A stretch of DNA of 64,000 nucleotides from Mobula hypostoma (GCF_963921235.1 NC_086108.1:50284001-50348000); one strand, 5' to 3'; positions 1-14,324 are shown, counted from the first letter of the stretch. The notes: generated from the letters alone by a model not told the origin. Program-made: numbers and translations.

Positions 1-1219
1 AACCTGGATCAGATCACCGTCTGACCCACTACATGTCCAAAAACGTGAGTATTGTTAATTTCCTTAAGGTCAATGTGGATGACTACAATAAAAATAGCTA
101 CATGATAACAAGAAAAGTGGTGATGGGACAGAAGCTACAAGGATAATTTTCTGATGTATCCGGTATATTTGCTGATGTACTCACTGAGCTTCACCATATG
201 TATAAGATATATAAAACCTTTTGCAGCGCAGCATTCAAGTCTTTGGGGTTTGGCTTCTGACTCACTTTACTTCCCTTCCAGTGTATGCCTGCAGAGTTTG
301 CTATTTTGCCCACTGATACCTCTATTTCCAATACAACATTAGACAATTGTAGACACTGTATCTTGCCACTCTTGAAAGTCTTCTGGATTACAATGGGTAC
401 TGAATGCTTACCCATACACCATGTAGCATAATTCAGGAAACAGGATAGCTTTAAGTCAGGCAATCTAGTTTGTTATGACCTTTTACAAAACTGAACCTCC
501 CCTGAGACAAGTTAGCAAAAGAACAACAAAATTAATATACTACCTGTAATGAAGAAAGAAATGCATATAAATTACATTCCTCCATTAGTTTTGAGGAGCT
601 ATCAAATTAAGTTTTCTATAAGTTATTTTCTGAAGGTAAGTCATTTATATTTAGTGTAGAACTTTGCACTTATTTATGTTATAATTGGCTCCAGGCAATA
701 TAGCTGATATAACCTATAGCCAGGGAAGTGATGTCCGCCTCCTGTTTGATTATTTGAGGTAACTTATTTTTTAATTCTTTCTTAGTTCTCTTCTAAAACC
801 TGTTCATCTGTGCATTTGTAATGCTACTGTAACACTGTAATTTCCTTTGGGATCAGTACAGTATCTATCTATCTGAGAAGCCTCCTGATCTGTAAATTAA
901 CTCAACTAGTATGAATCTGAGCAATGTGATATGCTTTATTATGTGAGTGTACAGACTACATGGAGTGGTGAGAGGTGTAATTGGACACTGAGAATTATGC
1001 CTGAATGTGAGTTTGATTCATTTTGTCCCTCTCAAGTTGGAGGTGGGCAGCACATCTATCATTGTGCTTGACATGTCAGATATAGTAATCATCATAAAGG
1101 ACTATTGCCATCATTACCCCTCTGAGTTCAAACAATGTATCTTGGCACTCCCAGTAGTTCAAACACTGCAACACACAGTTTTAACATTCCTCACAGTTTC
1201 GTTTCATACACTGCATATG

Positions 1220-2170
1220 AATACTGCTGGAAATGTCTATGTTTAATGCCTGTCCCTGACTGCCTTTGAGAGGTGACAGAGAGACAATTTTTTTGAATTG
1301 CCATCGTCCTTCTGGTGAAGTTATACCCACAATGCTTTGGGTAGAGAGTATGAATGATTTTCCACAAAAGATTGACACGTGACTTCAAGATAAACTCTCA
1401 GCTGGTGATGTACCTCTACATCTAATATCCTTGCTCTCCCACTTAGAAGTGGTTGTGGTTTGTGGAGGGTCTAGTCAAGTGAACAGCTTTGTTCTGGTGG
1501 CATTGAGCTTTTTGATGGTTGCTGGAGCTGGATTCCTCTGGGAAAGTGGAAAGTAATCTAACAGAATGTCAAAGCTGATTCATCAGCCACAGGATACCCA
1601 GTCTCTGGCCTCTCCTGTTGTAATTGTATTTATGTGGTTGGTTCAATTTGACTTAAGTTCAATGGTGACGCTGGATACTGATGTTGGAGACGTTGTGATG
1701 AAATCTGATTAAATGCCAAAGGGAGAACAAGGTTCACTTTTTTTGAATGTTGCCTGACTCTTGTGTGACACAAGAGGTACTTGCCTGTTGTCAGCCCAAA
1801 CCACAATGGTGTTGATGTCTCATTGTCTACAAACAAAAATGACTTCATTTCTGAGGAGTGCGAATGGAACTGAGCATTGTGCAATCGTAAGTTCCTCACT
1901 TCTGCCTTTATGCTAGTAGGGAAGTTATTTAAAAATTGGAAGATGATTGGTCCTGAGGAACTTACACACAGATATTGTGAGTCAGAGATGGTTCACCTCA
2001 GAAACCGCTACCATCTTCTGTTGTGCTAGGTCTGCTTTCTTTTTGATTCACACAGACTTCAGTTTTTCCTGGCTTTCTTGGTGCCATAATTGGTCAAATT
2101 TTACTTTGACATTAAAGACATTTCAAATATTTGAATTTGAAATATTCATGTTTAGACCTATGTTTTAGGG
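1220..2170 (-). mobile_element. old, degenerate LINE fragments (CR1/L2 group)
   Basis: Resembles similarly decayed segments at about 49150-49480 and 51480-51780. No ORF; boundaries are approximate. Confidence 0.35.
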
Positions 2171-3334
2171 GCATCTGAGCACTGTAAGGAATAAAGAATA
2201 TTGTTTGTCCATCTCATATAGTGCAAAAATCTTAAAATGGATATAAGGCTAAAAGGTGTCATCATTATTAGATTAAGTTTTATTTATCACATGTACATCA
2301 AAATGTACAGTGAAGTATGTTGTTTGCATTAACAACCAGTAGACCCAGAGATATGCTTTGAGTAGTTTGCAAGGGTCACTGCACATTCCAGCGCCAAAAT
2401 AGCATGCCCACAATATTCATAAAACACCACAAGCGGCAGCAACAAAACATAACAAGGCAACAGGAACATCAAAACAAACCACTTTCCCATCCCACCCATT
2501 TGACCCAGGACAGGCCACCTCCAGGCCTCCAGTCCTTGTCCCCAGATTCTCAGACTTGCAGACACCAGGCCTCCAACTTCATGCTTCACCCAGGATACCA
2601 GATCATGTGTTATGGAATAACCATATGAGGTTTATATACGGGAAGAAGTTGCTGCGCATATCGCTGGTGGCCATTGGCACTTCTGCAGATAACTCATAAT
2701 AGCATAGAAGTGAGTATGTATTGTGGACATAAGAGGTATGAAATGTATGTATTATCAGCAAAGCAAGATTTCAGCCCATTGTTAAGTTCGTAGCGTGCAT
2801 GGAAGGCATCACAAATGGCTAGGTAAAACATGCATTAAGCCCATAGCAGATGTAAAGCTGCAGGATTTTGGAAACTATTTGAGCTTAAACTTCTGTGCAC
2901 TAAGGCTTCTTCAAGCTTAGCTTCTTAGCTTCTTCATACTGCCCTTTGTTAGATGCATGTATACTTTTCCTCCATATATGCTCATCCCCACAGGAAAAGT
3001 AGCAAGTATATGGGACCAGGAGAGGAGAAAGGAGTAATGACAATGAGGACTTCGGACAGAGCACATCAAAACTGCCCATCCAGTATTTAGCTGGATAAAA
3101 TAACCTGTGATAATTTGAAGGATGTTCAGCATGAAGTTCAATTTTCCATGGGCCTATGCAGACATCTGGATTATAGCATACAACTATATAGATCAATTCA
3201 GGAAGAGGTCTTTTAGCTCATGCAGTTTATTGCAGCATTGCAGATCATGGCTTATTTGTGTTTTAACTTCATCCACTTTCCTTTATTCCATAACCCCCAG
3301 TTTTGCTGCCTAACCCCCCAGTTTTGAAATTTGT

Positions 3335-5030
3335 GTTCAAGAGACAGGAGAACAGATCAGCAGAGGTCTGATGTCTGTCGACAAGTGTGGCTTGCCTGGC
3401 AGGTTGAAGTTGTGGTGCTTGCAGTACGGACTGATGTTACGGATAATGTGGCCACTAACTGTCTACAAAGTGGCAATGTCCCATGTTGAGGCAATGGAAC
3501 GGAAGATCAACAAGTATGTGAAGAAGTGGCTTGGAGTACTGAGCAGTCTCACCAATGTTGCAATCCACAGTAGCCAGACAAAGCTTACCATCCCAGTGCA
3601 ATCCCTTGTTGAAGAGATCAAGGTAGCCGAGGTAAGATCATTCTTGATGCTTCGAGACTCAATAGACCCTGTCATCAAGAACACCCAGCCGGACGTGAGA
3701 TCAGGCAGGAAGTGGTCAGCCCATGTAGCAGTTGATGAGGCAGAGTTTAGATTGAAGCACAAGGAGACGGTTGGGGCTACCCAGCTAGGCTGCCAGGGAC
3801 TTGGATGGACAACCCACAAGCGGTGGTCATCTTCTACAGGTAAGGAGCGCCATGTAACACAAGAAATACGAGAGGTAGAAGAGGAGAAGAGGTTAACTAA
3901 AACATCTGGCCTGGCCAAACAAGGGGCTTGGACCCGGTGGGAAAGTGTTGAACAATGACACCTATCTTGGAATGTTCTGTGGCAGATGGAATCGCACGGC
4001 ATTTCTTTTCTATGCAGAGCAGAGTACAACCTGCTCCCAACACCTGCCAACCTCAGCACCTGGTATAAAGATAAGACAAACAGGTGTGCTGCTTGTGGTG
4101 AGAAGGGAACACTTAACATATTTTGAGTACATGCAGAGTCAATCTTTCCAGTGGCATGTACACTTGGAGACATAACAATGTTCCCAAAGTCATAACAGAA
4201 GCAGCTGAGCAGAGAGTACTGCAGCACAACTTATCTCATGCCCCATGCTGCACAGAACATCGCATATCATTTGTGAAAGAAGGCTCCAAGTCAAGGGTGT
4301 ACAGCGCAGGCTCACGATCAAGCATACTTTCTTCAGCCAATGACTGGTGTGTCAAGGCTGACCTGGATGGGAAAGGCAGTTTCCCGGACTAAATAGCTTT
4401 CACCACATTGCGTCCAGATATAACTGTATGGTCTGACACCAGTAGAGAAGCGGTTATTGGTGAACTCACAGTCCCTGGGAAGACAACATCGATGAAGCCC
4501 ATGAGTGCAAGTTAACCAAGTATGCAGAATTAAGATCAGAGTGCAGAGACAGAGGGTGGAAGGTCTCATGCTATCTATTCGAAGTAGGTTGCCGTGGCTT
4601 TATTGCGTTCACTTTCCAGAAGTGGCTGCGTGACCTTGTCTTCACTAGAAGAGAGATCAAGTCAACCAGCAGGGCTGTAGCTGAGGCAGCAGAGACAGGA
4701 TCATCATGGGTGTGGACCAAGTATGTCCAGAGGGGCAGATAGTCAGACAGTGTATCCATCTTTTGCAAACTCTTCAGTAGTTGCATAGACACCTGAAGAG
4801 TAGACTATCTGTTGGGTGGAAGCAACCAACAACTCTGATAGAGGCAGATGCCAAGTTTTTAAGCTCACCAGTGGGAGGTGGTGCTTTAGCACTGCTGGCC
4901 CACCACCTCGAGGGAGTGTTGATCATAGCGGGCCGAGACTCCTGAAGACAAGTGGCAGATCAACTGATGATCCCACTGGTGATAGCACAGGACAGTTAAC
5001 AACTTAGTCCAAGTGTATTTTCAATTCTGA
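3335..5030 (+). mobile_element. 5'-truncated RLE-type non-LTR retrotransposon (Hero-like, R2 group), decayed
   Basis: ORF 3371-3958 encodes the RT C-terminal region (LPGRLKLWCLQYG...WPLTVY). It is followed by a CCHC knuckle (CAACGEKGTL.HILSTC), YTWRHNNV and restriction-like endonuclease motifs (LRPDITVWS...IGELTVP...EAHECKLTKY...EVGCRGF), ending at about 4742. Stops and frameshifts are present; boundaries are approximate. Confidence 0.85.
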
Positions 5031-6029
5031 TCATTTCAACTGTTCTTGCAGACAAAGCTTCAGTTTTCCGCTACACATTGTGTAAAGAAATAATTTCTGA
5101 CATCATTGTTGATTGACCCAAGTCTAAGGTTAAGCTCATTTTCAACTTTCAAACATTGGGAAATGTTTTCTCTCTAGCTATCCTCTCAAATCCTTTAATT
5201 ATCTTAAATACCTCAGTTAATTCACCACTTTATCATCTCAATGGAATAGAAGACGGACCAATATGTCCTCAACATAATCTTTTTAGCTCATTTGAGTGCT
5301 AAATCTGCTCTGAATCACGCTAGGGCCTGTTTATCTTTCCTGATCTGCAATGTCCTGAATATAATTCCCTACCCTTGATATTTAAGCCCTTGTGGAATGA
5401 AACTTCAGCCTTTTAATTCTTTCTTTTTCTTATCCACTGGCTTTTAGAAGTTCAAATGGTAACATGCCATCAATTGGAAAACTCAGCTTTATCTTTATTA
5501 GGCTCAGAATGGATTACTTCACACTTACCCATAATGAACTTACTGCATGTCATTTTTTCAGTTCACTTATGTGCCTTCTTACAAATTTATATTTCCATCT
5601 ACGTTATTCATTATGTCATCCAGCTTAGAGTTATTAAAGTAAATTTAGTAATAAGGCTTTTCATGCAAGATTCTTATAAATATATTGAAAAGTTATGGCT
5701 TAGCTCCTCAATAATTCCTTATAGTACACCACAAATACGTCCTGCCATTTTAAACATATGTTTCCCATTTCTTAATCAATTCCCCATTTAAGCTGCTTTC
5801 ATTTGTATGTTCTCTCACGTTGACAATGGTCCCCTGTGTGACACAGTGATCCTTGCTTCCTGTATGCTTCCTCGACTTAGACCATTGAATTAAGACATAG
5901 GAAAGCTACTGCAGCTTTGTCTCTTCCATATTCGCATGCAGTATAATGTCTGTGTCCTTTCTTTGACCAATATCTTCAGGACTGATGCTCTAATTACACT
6001 CAGTTGCTCCATTGGACAGACTACATTTT

Positions 6030-6245
6030 GCACATGCTCAACAACATCATGGACTTTATCAGCAAGTGTGTTAAGGACTGTGTACCAAAGAGGACAATCT
6101 GAGTGTTCCTTAAGTTGAAGTCATGGATGAACCAAGAGATCCACTCCCTACTGACCTATACAAGTAATCAAGATACGATGCACAGAAGCTGTCAGATGCC
6201 AAGAGACAATACCAGGTCCAAAATCAAGTCCCAGACTAGCGATGA
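6030..6245 (+). mobile_element. Rex1/Babar-like LINE internal fragment
   Basis: Translates as DFISKCVKDCVPKRTI.VF.KLKSWMNQEIHSLL, typical of the region between the endonuclease and RT. Confidence 0.5.
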
Positions 6246-6649
6246 GTTTACCTTTCTTCCCAGTCCTTCTTTGCAAGATATCTTTCCACAAAATAAACCT
6301 AAGTCATAAATAGCTAAATGATTAGTATGAATACAGTTAATGTTTGTAATTATATTTGCAAGATACACATGTCCTTTCAGTCTTTAATTCCGCAGTTTTT
6401 TTAATTCAATATTGACAACAGAGTTAATAATGTTTTAATCGGGAGTTGTAAGGAGAGAACAGGTTAGTAGAATTAAGAAGCCTAGAAAAGGAATCGTGTT
6501 TTTATTAATGCTGGTTATTTGTAAAAGTCTGCAGTTAAATTAATTTCTGCTGGTGAAAACAGCTGAGACTGTAAAAATTAATTTCTAAAACTATTCATAG
6601 TATTTAATAGCTTTTTTTGTCCGGCTCCTGTTGAGAATCATTATCCTTT

Positions 6650-8780
6650 AGCAGGACCTGGAGAGTTGAGTGCAAAGTGGCACTCGGCACTGAAGTGGCA
6701 CTCAGTTGTGGGAGAGGCAGTGTGAAGTTTGAAAAGAGCTTGGGGCCTTTCGGGACTTTTCAGCAAGTTGCAATCATAATGATTGTTAAGCACTTGGCAA
6801 AGGCTAATAAAAAGAAGCAAGGTACATCGTCTGAGTGGACAGTGTTTGAATGGTCAGGCTTTGGCACAAAAGGCTTGGGTGAGAAGGGGTGAAGGCTCTA
6901 AGGAAGCTTCTAATTTTTTTTCTTTGTCTATTAGTACATAGCTGGTGTGGTGAAAATGGATCCAGGGTTAGTGGTATGTTCTTCACTGAGATGTGGGAAC
7001 TCTGGGAGAACTGCATTCTCCCTGATAACTACATCTGTACAGGGTGCTTAAAGCTTTAGCTCCTTAGAGTCTGTGTTAGCGAACTGGAGCCTCTGCTGGA
7101 TGAGCTTTGGCTCATAGGTGAGGATGAGGAGGTGATAGGAGCTACAGGGAGGTAGTCACTCCTAAGTTGGAGGAGGCAGGTAGCTGAGTGACTCTCAGGA
7201 GAGGGAAAGGGAATAAGCAGCCAGTGCAGAGTACCTCAACAATATGTAATAATAAGTATATTATTTTTGATACTTTTGGATAGGGTGGGAAATGACCTAC
7301 GGGGGGAAACTGCAGTAACCGGTTCTCTGGGACTGTGTTTGACTCAGGAGCTCAGAAGGGAAGGGGAGAGAAGAGGACAGCAGTAGTGATAGGGGTCTCC
7401 AAAGTTAGAGGACCAGAAAGGAGATTCTGTGTACATGAGTGAGACACCTGGATGGTATGTTGCCTCCCAGATGCCAGGGTACCTCAAATCGGGTCCACAG
7501 CATTCTAAAGAGGGAAGGTGTAGTTGGAAGTCATTATACATATTGGTACCAATGACATAGGTAGGAAAAAGGATGAGGTCCTGAAGAGAGAATATAACTA
7601 GTTAGGGAGAAAGCTGAAAAGCAGGATCTCGAGGGTAGCATTCTCTGGATTGCTGCCTGTGTCACGTGCCAGTGAGGATAAGAATAGAATGATTTAGCAG
7701 ATCATGGCTGAGGAATTGGTGCAGGGGACATGGTTGCAGATTTCTAGATCTTTGAAGGAAGGTATGACCTGTATAAAAAGGATGGGTTACACCTGAACTC
7801 AAGGGTGGACCAATATCCTTATGGGCAGGTTTTCTGGAGCTGTTGGGAAGGGTTTAAACTAATTTGGCAGAGGGATGGGGACTGAAGTGACAAGGCTGAG
7901 GATAGGGAATTTAGTATACAAGTAGATATAGTGTGTAGTGAAACTGTGAGGAAGGATAAGCAGATGATAGGGCAAAATTGTAGTTGGTGGGATGAGTTGA
8001 AGTGTAAAATAGGGGCAAAATTGAAACAGGTGATGAATACAGAACTGTAGGTGTTATATTTGAATCCACAAAGTATATAGAATAGGGAGATGACCATGTA
8101 GTGCAGTTAAAGATTGGAACGTATGACATTTTAGGCATCACTGAATCGTGGTTGAAAGAAGATCATCTAGAGAGCTTAACATCCAAGGATACACATTGTA
8201 TCGAAAGGACAGGCAGGTAGGGAGAGGGGGTGGGTGGCTCTGTTGGTAAAAAATGAAATTAAGTCCTTAGAAAGAGGTGACGTAAGACGAAGATGTAGAA
8301 TCCTTGTGGGTAGAGCTAAGAAAATGCAAGGGTAAAAAGACCTCGATGGGAGGTATATACAGATTCCCAACAGTAGCCAGGATGTGGGATACAAATTATA
8401 CAGAAGATAGAAAGGCATCTAAAAAGGGCAATGTTATTATAGTCATGGGGGATTTCAATATGCAGGTAGATTAGGAAAATCAGGTTGGTTCCCAAGTGCT
8501 GGATCCCAAGAGACGGAATTTGTAGAATATCTAGGGGATGGCTGTTTAGAGCAGCTTGTTGTTGAGCTGACCAGGGAAAAGATAATTCTGGATTGGATGT
8601 TGTAGAATGAACTGAATTTGATGAGCAAACTTAAGGTAAAGGAACCCATAGGAGACAGTGATCATAATGTGATAGAATTCACCCTGCAATTTGAAAGGAA
8701 GAAGCTAGATTAGTATCTATTATTATTATAGTGAAGGGAATTACAGAAGCATGAGAAAGGAGATAGTCCAAGTTGATACA
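6650..8780 (+). mobile_element. CR1 LINE 5' part (ORF1 with SGNH esterase, start of ORF2 APE), decayed
   Basis: ORF1 motifs IHIGTNDIGRKKDEVLKREY and DGLHLN (about 7380-7860). APE motifs GITESWL, GYTLYRKDR, VMGDFN and GDSDHNVIEF (about 8050-8690). Confidence 0.85.
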
Positions 8781-9292
8781 TCCGGATATGATGCTTTCTG
8801 TGATGCATCAATTTGGGAAGATAGGTTCAACATGATGAATAGAAGGTACAGAATGTTGGGGGTGAATGTGAAGATGTGGAATTATTATTGGGAACTTTCT
8901 GTCTGTAAGAATATGGAAATAGGGATCTCACAAATATACAGAATAGCAAGAGTCAAAGAGAGTTACAATGCGGAAGCAGGACTTTTGGCCCACCGGTTCC
9001 ACACTAACCATCAAGGAACCCATTGCACCCTGGTCTAGAAGACAATGATCTAATCTAATCTTACCACAGGCTAATTTTAAAAATCCTTTCAGCTGGACAG
9101 TTGATGTTTTTTTTTTGGCACTAGGTGGCACACGTGCACTTTATACGGTATGCATACTTACTTGTTCAAACGTATTTCAGAGAAATTTACACATTTATGC
9201 CTGGCCATAACAATATCACAGAATGTGTATTAAAATCCTGTACCAGACACAAAACTTTTCATGCAATAGGAAGCAGAGTGATACAGTGTGAC

Positions 9293-9390
9293 AGTACTGA
9301 TGAAGGGTCTCGGCCTGACATGTCGACTGCTTACTCTTTTCCGTAGATGCTGCCCAGCCTGCTGAGTTCCTCCAGCATTTTGTGATTTTC
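9293..9390 (+). mobile_element. Penelope-like terminal repeat fragment with degenerate hammerhead
   Basis: CTGATGAAGGGTCTCGGCCTGACATGTCGACTG followed by AGATGCTGCC...CCAGCATTTTGTG; homologous to 26525-26657. Confidence 0.75.
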
Positions 9391-11539
9391 TGCAGCAGGA
9401 TGCTAGTAGTTTTATTCAATGAGCCTGGTCATGCTAGGAAATGCACGGGTCCTGCTTTCGCACCTGTACCTGGGTGTAAATTATTGCAGTCTCTTTCAAT
9501 TATATTTCTGATTTCTGGCACCCCATTTTTTGTGGGGACCCTGGCTTGTTGCTTCTGGTAAGTAGAGTCACATATTTAGTGCAATGAAATGGGTAAAATC
9601 AAATTCCTTGCTAATGATTCTTTATTTGAGGAGCAGAGTTGGTGGTAATTGCTGAAGAAAGTAATTAATGAGAGAGGTAAGTATGCTAAAGTCACAAGTC
9701 AATTGAGAGAATGGGAGGAGGAAGGACAAGTGGAACAGAATTGAGGGGAAATGAAGCACAAACATCATTTACTTTTAAATAAAAGGCCAGAGGGAGATGC
9801 AATGAAATGGATGGACAAAAGTGGACAGGGATATAAATGGTAGTTCATAAATATTGTTCCCTATTTACCAACCCACCAATCCATCCTCTTTAATGTGCAT
9901 ATCCTCGCAGTCTTTTGGACATAGAGTTATCTGTAACTCTAAATTATATCATAAATAACACATTCTTCCATCTTAGTTATAGAGGCCTTGACCTGTATGA
10001 ACATGTCTCTTCATAGCTATGAGATCTTCATAGTATATCAAACAGCTTCCCTACAATGTGTACGCTTGTCTTGCATTAAGACCCACTTCCAGTCAGCTCT
10101 GTTAATATTTGTGTTTGGGACATTATCCATACATTTATTCTAACTATAATTTTATTAAAAAATTTGGGTTATTACTATGGCAAAGCAGAAAAAACTGTTG
10201 TACATTTAAGAATCATTGTTTCAAAAAGTGTTGGTGTTCAGTTCTCTCACTCGACTCTTTAATGTATTTTTTCACACTGCCGTTTCCTTCACATGGTAGG
10301 TGAAATGACAGTATTAAACAGTACATTTGTGGTCCCAGACCTGATATGCAGGTTTAAAAAAATCAGCTGCATGACCCAACTGAGCAGGCATATCAGTGTG
10401 GGCAGCTGAAACTGTAGAGAAGGTGAAAGCACGAGTATCAAAAACATACTTCAGTATTATTTTTCCAGAAAGACATTCTGTTTAAAGTGGGGTTACTGCA
10501 TCTTTTCCATGACCTGTTTTCAATTTTCATGTCTGTGCCAGGTTCCCAGAAAATGGGGCCAACTGCAGAGAGCTCTAACTAGTGGTGAACAATAACAGTA
10601 ATAATGGGTAACATTTTTTCTTTAACTAACTGTTAACACAGTCACCAAGATTAAAGAAAGAAATGAAGAAATTTGAATCTGCAATGTTAGAATTTATATT
10701 TGTTTAAATATTGAAATTATTTCCACTATTTCTGATGAAGGGTCTGACTTGACACATGAACTCTTTTCTCTTTGCACAGATGATGCCCAGTATCAGAGTA
10801 TTTTCTCTCTTCTCTACTTATGTATTAAATGGTTTCCACATTGTGTAACAGACCCCTCTTCCTTCTCCCTTCTCTTTTCGCATCTTTAGAAATGGGGACT
10901 ACTTTCTTCCACTCCAGTACTGTTGGTCCTTTGTGGACACTTGGGGCCAATGTCGGGCCTTGCTAACTCTGCCACAGAGTAACAGGAAGTGCATGGGCAT
11001 TGGGCCACTGGTGCAGGCCTTAAATGCTACCAGCCATGGTCCTGCAGCGACTGTGTACCGATGAGATCGCTGACATACAATAAACAAAAGCCATGATTGT
11101 AACTCTGTATTACTGGATGTGGAAACAAAAAGTGCCCTTAGCCCTTGGCTACTTTGTGGTTTGAGTAAAGTGGCAGCACTACTGTTCAGCACCATTACCA
11201 TGTATGGAGAAAACTGATTTTCCTCTTGGAGGAGGAGAACATCACCTGATACCTTCTTAAAGCAGCTTTACAATATTAACAGGCCTTCTGTGCCTTTTAA
11301 TCAGGCTCCATCTCAAAGGAGTCTGACCACGTTCCATAAGGCTTCACACTAATATATTGCAAAGCAAGGCATGACTGAACATGAAGCAAGTTATCTCACA
11401 GAGGATTCCAAAGTACAAATGTAATCATCTGTTGGCCATTCTATCGTAGCTTTTGGCTTTATGATACTTTAAAAAAATTGGATCATGCTTGACAGCCCAA
11501 ACAAAAGATTTTCACAATCATCATGGTTGCAAAAGCAGA

Positions 11540-13583
11540 TTAAATGTAGGGATAAATTTGTCCGTGAGGAAGATAAAGAATGGTAGGGTGAAGGAACCGT
11601 GAGTGACAAGTGAGGTGGAAAACCTAGTCAGGTGGAAGAAGGCAGCATACATGAGGTTTAGGAAGCAAGGATCAGATGGGTCTATTGAGGAATACAGGGT
11701 AGCAAGAAAGGAGCTTAAGAAGGGGCTGAGGAGAGCAAGAAGGGGGCATGAGAAGGCCTTGGCGAGTAGGGTAAAGGAAAACCCCAAGGCATTCTTCAAT
11801 TATGTGAAGAACAAAAGGATGACAGGAGTGAAGGTAGGACCGATTAGAGATAAAGGTGGGAAGATGTGCCTGGAGGCTGTGGAAGTGAGCGAGGTCCTCA
11901 ATGAATACTTCTCTTCGGTATTCACCAATGAGAGGGATCTTGTTGACGGTGCGGACAATATGAGTGAGGTTGATGTTCTGGAGCATGTTGATATTAAGAG
12001 AGAGGAGGTGTTGGAGTTGTTAAAATATATTAGGACAGATAAATCCCCGGGGCCTGTTGGAGTATTCCCCAGGCTGCTCCACGAGGTGAGGGAAGAGATT
12101 GCTGAGCCTCTGGCTAGGATCTTTATGTCCTCATTGTCCACGGGAATGGTACCGGAGGATTGGAGGGAGGTGAATGTTGTCCCCTTATTCAAAAAGGATA
12201 GTAGGGATAGTCCGGGTAATTACAGACCCGTGAGTCTTATGTCTGTTGTGGGAAAGCTGTTGGAAAAGATTCCTAGAGATAGGATCTATGGGTATTTAGG
12301 GAATCATGTTCTGATCAGGGACAGTCAGCATGGCTTTGTGAAGGGCAGATCGTGTCTAATAAGACTGATAGAGTTCTCTGAGGAGGTGACCAGGCATATA
12401 GATGAGGGTAGTGCAGTGGATGTGATCTACATGGATTTTAGTAAGGCATTTTATAAGGTTCCACACGGTAGGCTTATTCAGAAAGTCAGAAGGCATGGGA
12501 TCCAGGGAAGTTTGGCCAGGTGGATTCAGAATTGGCTTGCCTGCAGAAAGCAGAGGGTCATAGTGGAGGGAGTACATTCAGATTGTAGGGTTGTGACTTG
12601 TGGTGTTCCACAAGGATCAGCTCTAGGACCTCTACTTTTCGTGATTTTTATTAACGGCCTGGATATCGGGGTAGAAGGGTGGGTTGGCAAGTTTGCAGAT
12701 GACACGAAGGTTGGTGGTGTTGTCGATAGTGTAGAGGATTGTCGAAGATTGTAGAGAGACATTGATAGGATGCAGAAGTGGGCTGAGAAGTGGCAGATGG
12801 AGTTCAACCCGGAGAAGTGTGAGGTGGTACACTTTAGAAGGACAAACTCCAAGGCAGAGTACAGAGTAAATGGCAGGATACTTGGTAGTGTGGAGGAGCA
12901 GAGGGATCTGGGGGTACATGTCTATAGATCCCTGAAAGTTGCCTCACAGATAGATAGGGTAGTTAAGAAAGCTTATGGGGTGTTAGCTTTCATAAGTCGA
13001 GGGATAGAGTTTAAGAGTTGCGAGGTAATGATGCAGCTCTATAAAACTCTGGTTAGGCCACACTTGGAGTACTGTGTCCATTTCTGGTCGCCTCACTATA
13101 GGAAGGATGTGGAAGCATTGGAAAGGGTACAGAGGAGATTTACCAAGATGCTGCCTGGTTTAGAGAGTATGCATTATGATCAGAGATTAAGGGAGCTCAG
13201 GCTTTACTCTTCGGAGAGAAGGAGGATGAGAGGAGACATGATAGAGGTATGCAAGATATTAAGAAGAGTAGATAGAGTGGACAGCCAGCACCTCTTCCCC
13301 AGGGCACCACTGCTCAATACAAGAGGACATGGCTTTAAGGTAAGGGGTGGGAAGTTCAAGGGGGATATTAGAGGAAGGTTTTTTACTCAGAGAGTGGTTG
13401 GTGCGTGGAATGCACTGCCTGAGTCAGTGGTGGAGGCAGATACACTAGTGAAATTTAAGAGACTACTAGATAGGTATATGGAGGAATTTAAGGTGGGGGC
13501 TTATATGGGAGGCAGGGTTTGAGGGTCGGCACAACATTGTGGGCCGAAGAGCCTGTACTGTGCTGTACTATTCTATGTTCTAT
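11540..13583 (+). mobile_element. CR1 LINE, 5'-truncated, RT region nearly intact
   Basis: ORFs 11603-12754 and 12770-13522 are in one frame, split by a single TAG. Motifs KSPGP, NYRPVSL, QHGF, DFSKAF, GVPQGS and KFADD; TATTCTATGTTCTAT tail at 13569-13583. Confidence 0.95.
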
Positions 13584-13683
13584 CCCAATGCTAAACCCTA
13601 CTGCTTTGCAAATCTGAAATAAAAATAACGAAGGAGAGATAACATTGGTGGGTTTCCTTGCCGTTAGATACCATTGCTAATAA

Positions 13684-14200
13684 AAGGTTCAATGGTTAAT
13701 TTATTATCAAAGTGTACAACTCTGAAATTCTCCTTCTCCAGACAGCCATGAAACCAAGAAAGAAAAGAATGGCAACATGATCATCGAGCCCCAAATTCCC
13801 CCTTCCCTGCACAAAAAATGAACAAAAACGGAACAGGAAAATCAATCCTCAAATCCCCCTCCCCCACACAAAAAAACCCGAGAAAGATCGGGCGAAAACA
13901 CAGAATACAAAAAAACTATAAGACTAGAAAAAAGTCCATAGTGCAAGTCCATATCCAAAACACAGAAAATTTGGGCACACCCTCCTGGCACAGCAGTAGG
14001 GCACAATGTCTCCCCCTCTCCAGTAGCGGAGTGATCCTGCCAACGATCAAAAGGCAGGTAGCTGGCACTCACCTTTCGCATTTGCCTTAATGTTTCAATC
14101 AGACTCATTGCTTTAGTCAGCAAACAATGGAAAGTTTAATTGGTGAAATGGAGTTGAACCATTAACTCACACCCCCCACCACCACTGCAGCCTCTTCACC
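13684..14200 (-). mobile_element. non-coding LINE-tail-bearing repeat (SINE-like or non-autonomous)
   Basis: Left end TTTATTATCAAAGT is shared with repeats at about 51783 and 56695; no ORF. Confidence 0.4.
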
Positions 14201-14324
14201 TTGAGGCTAATAATAAGCCAAACAGAAAAAAATATTCAGCTAAATAAAATGAATGCTTTCTATTAGAGTAGTTACAAACTCCAAAACTGGCTTAAAGTTG
14301 TTTAATAATAATGAATAACTATAT

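Noticed and set aside
1..50. Identifiable coding exon ending at the GTGAGT donor
   Set aside because: Only 44 nt are visible, two frames are open and no protein is recognised.
3463..4227. 254-aa minus-strand ORF (and similar antisense ORFs over CR1, ERV and PLE)
   Set aside because: These are shadow frames opposite transposon coding sequence with no recognisable motifs.
4900..4990. Hammerhead in the Hero 3' UTR (CTGAAGA and CTGATGA motifs)
   Set aside because: No GAAA with compatible stems could be assembled.
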